Shown here piece after piece: positions 60,380 through 64,000 of a stretch of 64,000 nt of DNA. Location: positions 1,760,001 to 1,824,000 of the forward strand of contig OY759316.1 in NCBI GenBank assembly GCA_963662275.1. Direction: 5' to 3'. Origin of the DNA: Candidatus Cloacimonadales bacterium (GTDB lineage Bacteria; Cloacimonadota; Cloacimonadia; Cloacimonadales; DAONDQ01). The notes under the pieces were generated by a model. It was not told where the DNA came from, ran no database searches, and saw nothing but the letters and a program-made list of their open reading frames with translations. Made by a program: the position numbers and the translations under genes. Within the stretch, counting starts at the first letter, position 1. Each line of letters opens with the position of its first letter.

Positions 60380-61033
60380 ATGAATTCTGAACACCTGGTT
60401 CCGATAACTTTACCCGGTTATCCTTTCCGAATCTATCAGACAAAAGCAGGACAAACAGTTACCCAGGACACGCAATTCTTACTTGATACGGTATTAACTC
60501 ATTTTTCAAACCAACCCATCAAAGTACTGGAATTAGGTTCTGGTACTGGTGTTCTTTCAATATTGATGAAATTACAGTGTCCTGATTGGAATATTACGGG
60601 AATTGAAATACAATCTCACTTGGTTGAGCTTTCACTGCTAAATGCAGCATTATGCAATATACATATTAATTTCAGGGAAGGAGATATACGTCAGATTAGT
60701 GCAGATATTCCTATGGAACATTATGATCTGATAGTCAGTAATCCTCCTTATTTTCGAATTGGAGAGTTCAGGCTGAGTTCAAATCAAGAGAAGTCGATTT
60801 CGCGTCATGAACTGCTTTGCACAATGGATGATGTAGTTGAAGCGGTAAGAAAAATGATGAAACGAGATGGTAGGGCATATCTGATCTACCCATTCAATCG
60901 GGTTGAAGAATTGAAGAAGAAAATAAAAAATATTGACCTCCAATTCATCACTGATTTTTCGTTATCAACAATGAACAATAAATATACAGATAAGTCTGTC
61001 ATTGTGGAGTTAGCTCATGCTGATCATCGATAA
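60380..61033 (+). CDS. SAM-dependent N6-adenine methyltransferase (tRNA1Val m6A37 type)
   Basis: ELGSGTG, SNPPY, SRHE. Confidence 0.8.
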   Translation: MNSEHLVPITLPGYPFRIYQTKAGQTVTQDTQFLLDTVLTHFSNQPIKVLELGSGTGVLSILMKLQCPDWNITGIEIQSHLVELSLLNAALCNIHINFREGDIRQISADIPMEHYDLIVSNPPYFRIGEFRLSSNQEKSISRHELLCTMDDVVEAVRKMMKRDGRAYLIYPFNRVEELKKKIKNIDLQFITDFSLSTMNNKYTDKSVIVELAHADHR

Positions 61034-61631
61034 TTATCATTTACGTGCCGGGGAGGATACAATTCTTCATGTATCCTCGATTCATATACAATCAGGGGAA
61101 AAAGCTCTCTTACGGGCAGATAACAGTAAAGGCAAATCATTGCTTCTGAAAGCGATTAAAGAGCACGATCATGACTTTAATGGTGCAATTCAATTACGAG
61201 AACCTCAGGGCAGTAAGCATAAAAACAATACATGTATCCTTTTAGAACTGGCACCTCATCTACTTAAAGAGAATACTGTATGGCAAAACCTGGTCTTACC
61301 TTTTAAAAAGATCTCTGATTTGCAGGAACAGAAACTAATTCATTTTCTAAAGCTTGCAGGAATCGAACAAATTAAAGAAAAGAAAGTTAATACTTGCTCT
61401 TTTGCCCAAATGAAAATGGTAGAATTCGTGAGAGCGATGATCATTGAACCATATCTTTTATTGATTGATGATCTCGATAAATTCTTTGATTTAGCGCATT
61501 ACGAAATTGCTTTAAAGATGATTGAGCATATCAATGCTTCTGGCTGTTCCGTATTTGCTACTTCAGTTCAAGAGATACCCGGATTTTCCACTTGTTACAT
61601 AATCCAGGACAGGGAGCTTGTATCATGCTGA
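61017..61631 (+). CDS. Divergent ABC ATPase (FtsE-like by context)
   Basis: ADNSKGKS, ENTVWQN, CSFAQ in place of LSGGQ, LLLIDD. Confidence 0.6.
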   Translation: MLIIDNYHLRAGEDTILHVSSIHIQSGEKALLRADNSKGKSLLLKAIKEHDHDFNGAIQLREPQGSKHKNNTCILLELAPHLLKENTVWQNLVLPFKKISDLQEQKLIHFLKLAGIEQIKEKKVNTCSFAQMKMVEFVRAMIIEPYLLLIDDLDKFFDLAHYEIALKMIEHINASGCSVFATSVQEIPGFSTCYIIQDRELVSC

Positions 61632-62404
61632 AAAGCAAAATGATTATATTATTACTCACAACCCTCGTCCTGTTATCAGGATGGGGATTTCTTGAGTATC
61701 TAATTGATTTTCAGGTAAGGAATGTCTACCAGGCTATTTCAAGTTATCCAGTCATACTGTATTCTTATGATATAGGCCTATTGCAGAAAATGCAGCAACA
61801 ACTGGGAAGTCAGAAATATGTCAAGCAGACCCAATTGCAGGTTAGTGATTCAATAGCAGTCGATCTCATCAAAAAATACAATCTTGGTGAAGCTATTGAT
61901 ATTATTGAAAATAACACTCTTCCTAATGTTCTTTTGGTTTATATCCAGGGCAACCGTTTTTCCAATGTGGATAAAAATCTATTGAAAATACAACTCACTC
62001 CCTATAAAGATAGCTTGATGGTTGATTACCAGGAGAGTGTTTGGAATGAATCTCTTTCCCGTTCCCAGAGCTTAAGGCAAATTCATTTACTGGGAAGTAT
62101 CTTATTTGGACTTCTAATGTTCCTGGTCTTTCTGTTAATGCGTTTACACTATGAGAAAGATATGTCAGATTATTGGAAAATATATGCCCATGCCGGTGGT
62201 GATATTCGTTATCAGCATACCCATTTCTGGCAAAATACTCTCGTGATTTGCCTGATACCAACATTCATCAATACTATCGTTTATTATATTTTATCTACAG
62301 GTCATTTGATAAATGCAGTCATTCCGTGGGATTTTTTCCTCTTACAATTGATCATAATCAGCCTCTCTTCCGTGATTGCTAAAGCGATGAAACCAAAAAT
62401 ATGA
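61625..62404 (+). CDS. FtsX-like membrane protein
   Basis: 1+3 TM layout; periplasmic loop with NTLPN resembling FtsX NPLP. Confidence 0.55.
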   Translation: MLKSKMIILLLTTLVLLSGWGFLEYLIDFQVRNVYQAISSYPVILYSYDIGLLQKMQQQLGSQKYVKQTQLQVSDSIAVDLIKKYNLGEAIDIIENNTLPNVLLVYIQGNRFSNVDKNLLKIQLTPYKDSLMVDYQESVWNESLSRSQSLRQIHLLGSILFGLLMFLVFLLMRLHYEKDMSDYWKIYAHAGGDIRYQHTHFWQNTLVICLIPTFINTIVYYILSTGHLINAVIPWDFFLLQLIIISLSSVIAKAMKPKI

Positions 62405-62982
62405 AAATCAAGAAACATCTTCCCAATCTGATCACGCTATTTCGTATAGTACTGGTACCTGTTTTCGGATACCTGATATTTAATACGAATGTGATTAATG
62501 GTGCTTGGTGGGCTTTAATCGTCTTTATCGTTGCCAGTATCTCAGATTACTTTGATGGAAGTTTGGCACGGAAGTATGGATTAGAATCCAACTTTGGGAA
62601 GATTATGGATCCACTGGCAGATAAACTCCTGGTCCTTGTCGCCGTCATTGCTCTGACAATCGAGCCAATAGCCTGGTTGAATCCAGCTATTTTAATCATT
62701 ATTGCTTGCAGAGAAATCTCAGTTACAATATTACGTGAGTATTATATGAGGAAGAAGATCGTGATTCCTGCCAATATCTGGGGGAAACTAAAGACAGTCT
62801 CGCAGATGATAGGTATCATTATTGCATTACTATATTATGCTCTTGTAGAAGCTCATCCTGACGATAGAATCTTGTTAGGCATCCAGCTTTATTTCTGGTT
62901 AGTAGCTTTTATTACTCTATTATCCGGGATGAATTATTTTATTATTAAACATGAATCTTCAGAGAGAAAGAATGAAAAGTAA
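62401..62982 (+). CDS. pgsA: CDP-diacylglycerol--glycerol-3-phosphate 3-phosphatidyltransferase
   Basis: PNLITLFR, SDYFDGSLAR..FGKIMDPLADK, GKLKT. Confidence 0.95.
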   Translation: MKIKKHLPNLITLFRIVLVPVFGYLIFNTNVINGAWWALIVFIVASISDYFDGSLARKYGLESNFGKIMDPLADKLLVLVAVIALTIEPIAWLNPAILIIIACREISVTILREYYMRKKIVIPANIWGKLKTVSQMIGIIIALLYYALVEAHPDDRILLGIQLYFWLVAFITLLSGMNYFIIKHESSERKNEK

Positions 62983-64000
62983 ACTCATCCTTTTTTTACT
63001 CCTTGTTTTAGTCTTTCTCGGTTGCAATAAAGGAATAGAAAAGTATTCGAAATTTGATGATCTGATCGATAATCGAAAACCCATATCCTGGGGGCAGGAT
63101 AGAGTTATTTATGTTTTTGCTGATGAACAAATTTGGAAATATGCGGAAGCACCGTTACGTGAATCTCTCGAAAGATTCAGGTTCACAAACGTAAATGAAT
63201 CCTATTTTGAAGTGAAAAGAGCTGATTATAAAAATATCGAGCAATTCTATCGCTTCAGGAATCTGATAATTTTAGGCAATACTTCTTCAGACTCGCAGGT
63301 ATCTGCTTGGCTTAAAAAGACGTTGCCTGAAAAGAAATTAGAAGAAGTGACCAAAAATCACTACGGTCTATTTAAAAATGAAAATGTCTGGGCTAACGAT
63401 CAGCAGGTATTATTCATTGCAGCAGATAACTTGCATGATTTGGTAAGCCTCACAATCTTACAGAAGGAGAAGACATTCCAGATTTTTCTCCAGAGATTGA
63501 TGAAACGTACAGCATATAGAATTTATCAGATGCCTGTACTGAGTAATTCATTTTTTATTGACTTTCCGTATACGCTGCAAATACCTGTTCAATATCAGGT
63601 CTATAAAAAAGATATTCCTGGTCGGTTTCTATGCTTTTTATATAGAAATTTACATGAGTCTGATGAGACACCGGACAAGTACATTTCTGTTTATTATGAA
63701 AAGATGGATTCAAACCAAGTGAACCAGGAATGGCTGATTAAGAAACGAACTGAATTTGCGAAGAAATATTATGAAGGTGATGAGTTTAAAAAAGAAGACT
63801 TCAATATTTCCAAGATTCAATTCAATAATGCTGATGGGTGGGAAATATTCGGTAGATGGCAAAACCAGAAGTATAAGATTGGTGGAGCATTCCAAAGTAT
63901 TGCCTATTGGGATGCAACTAAGAAAATGGCTTTTATTATTGATAGTTCCGTCTTTTATCCGGCAGGTGAAAAATTAGGTTACCTGCTGGAACTGGAAACT
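62972..64000 (+). CDS. Lipoprotein, DUF4837-like, runs off the right edge
   Basis: Manual translation MKSKLILFLLLVLVFLGC (lipobox), WGQDRVIYVFAD, NVWANDQQV, KIGGAF. Confidence 0.7.
   Translation, partial: MKSKLILFLLLVLVFLGCNKGIEKYSKFDDLIDNRKPISWGQDRVIYVFADEQIWKYAEAPLRESLERFRFTNVNESYFEVKRADYKNIEQFYRFRNLIILGNTSSDSQVSAWLKKTLPEKKLEEVTKNHYGLFKNENVWANDQQVLFIAADNLHDLVSLTILQKEKTFQIFLQRLMKRTAYRIYQMPVLSNSFFIDFPYTLQIPVQYQVYKKDIPGRFLCFLYRNLHESDETPDKYISVYYEKMDSNQVNQEWLIKKRTEFAKKYYEGDEFKKEDFNISKIQFNNADGWEIFGRWQNQKYKIGGAFQSIAYWDATKKMAFIIDSSVFYPAGEKLGYLLELET

Overview
Bacterial chromosomal window, AT-rich and almost entirely coded on the + strand. The secreted-protein repertoire suggests a Cloacimonadota/FCB-type anaerobe, which is an inference from gene content only. 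Left arm (1-11 kb): housekeeping genes (M6 protease, PBP1A, GT2, RicT, rlmN, deoC, thyX) and four tRNAs, with a class C group II intron inserted just after the tRNA-operon terminator. 13.4-37.5 kb: a large purine-catabolism cluster (guanine deaminase, XdhAB, a single-chain DPD-like flavoprotein, ssnA, ygeY, hydantoinase, a second Mo-hydroxylase, ygeW, two PLP enzymes, MocA-like, XdhC). It resembles the anaerobic urate-degradation cluster, but ygfK and ygeX appear to be replaced by other enzymes. Its intergenic spaces hold tandem arrays (4, 10 and 26 copies) of a 55-63 bp GTAG-REP doublet. 37.5-56.4 kb: a repeat/gene-fragment mosaic, two IS elements with visible target-site duplications, a ChlI-like ATPase joined to a VWA ORF by an apparent -1 programmed frameshift (A_AAA_AAA), and three large secreted proteins. 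Right arm: housekeeping genes (M23 peptidase, thiN, xseB, ispA, dut, methyltransferase, divergent FtsEX-like pair, pgsA). Strongest leads: the frameshift-linked ChlI/ChlD-like gene, the variant purine pathway, the REP-doublet arrays, and a recurrent heptamer + TTGCAGAGAA motif at gene ends. All calls come from reading motifs by eye; no database searches were run.
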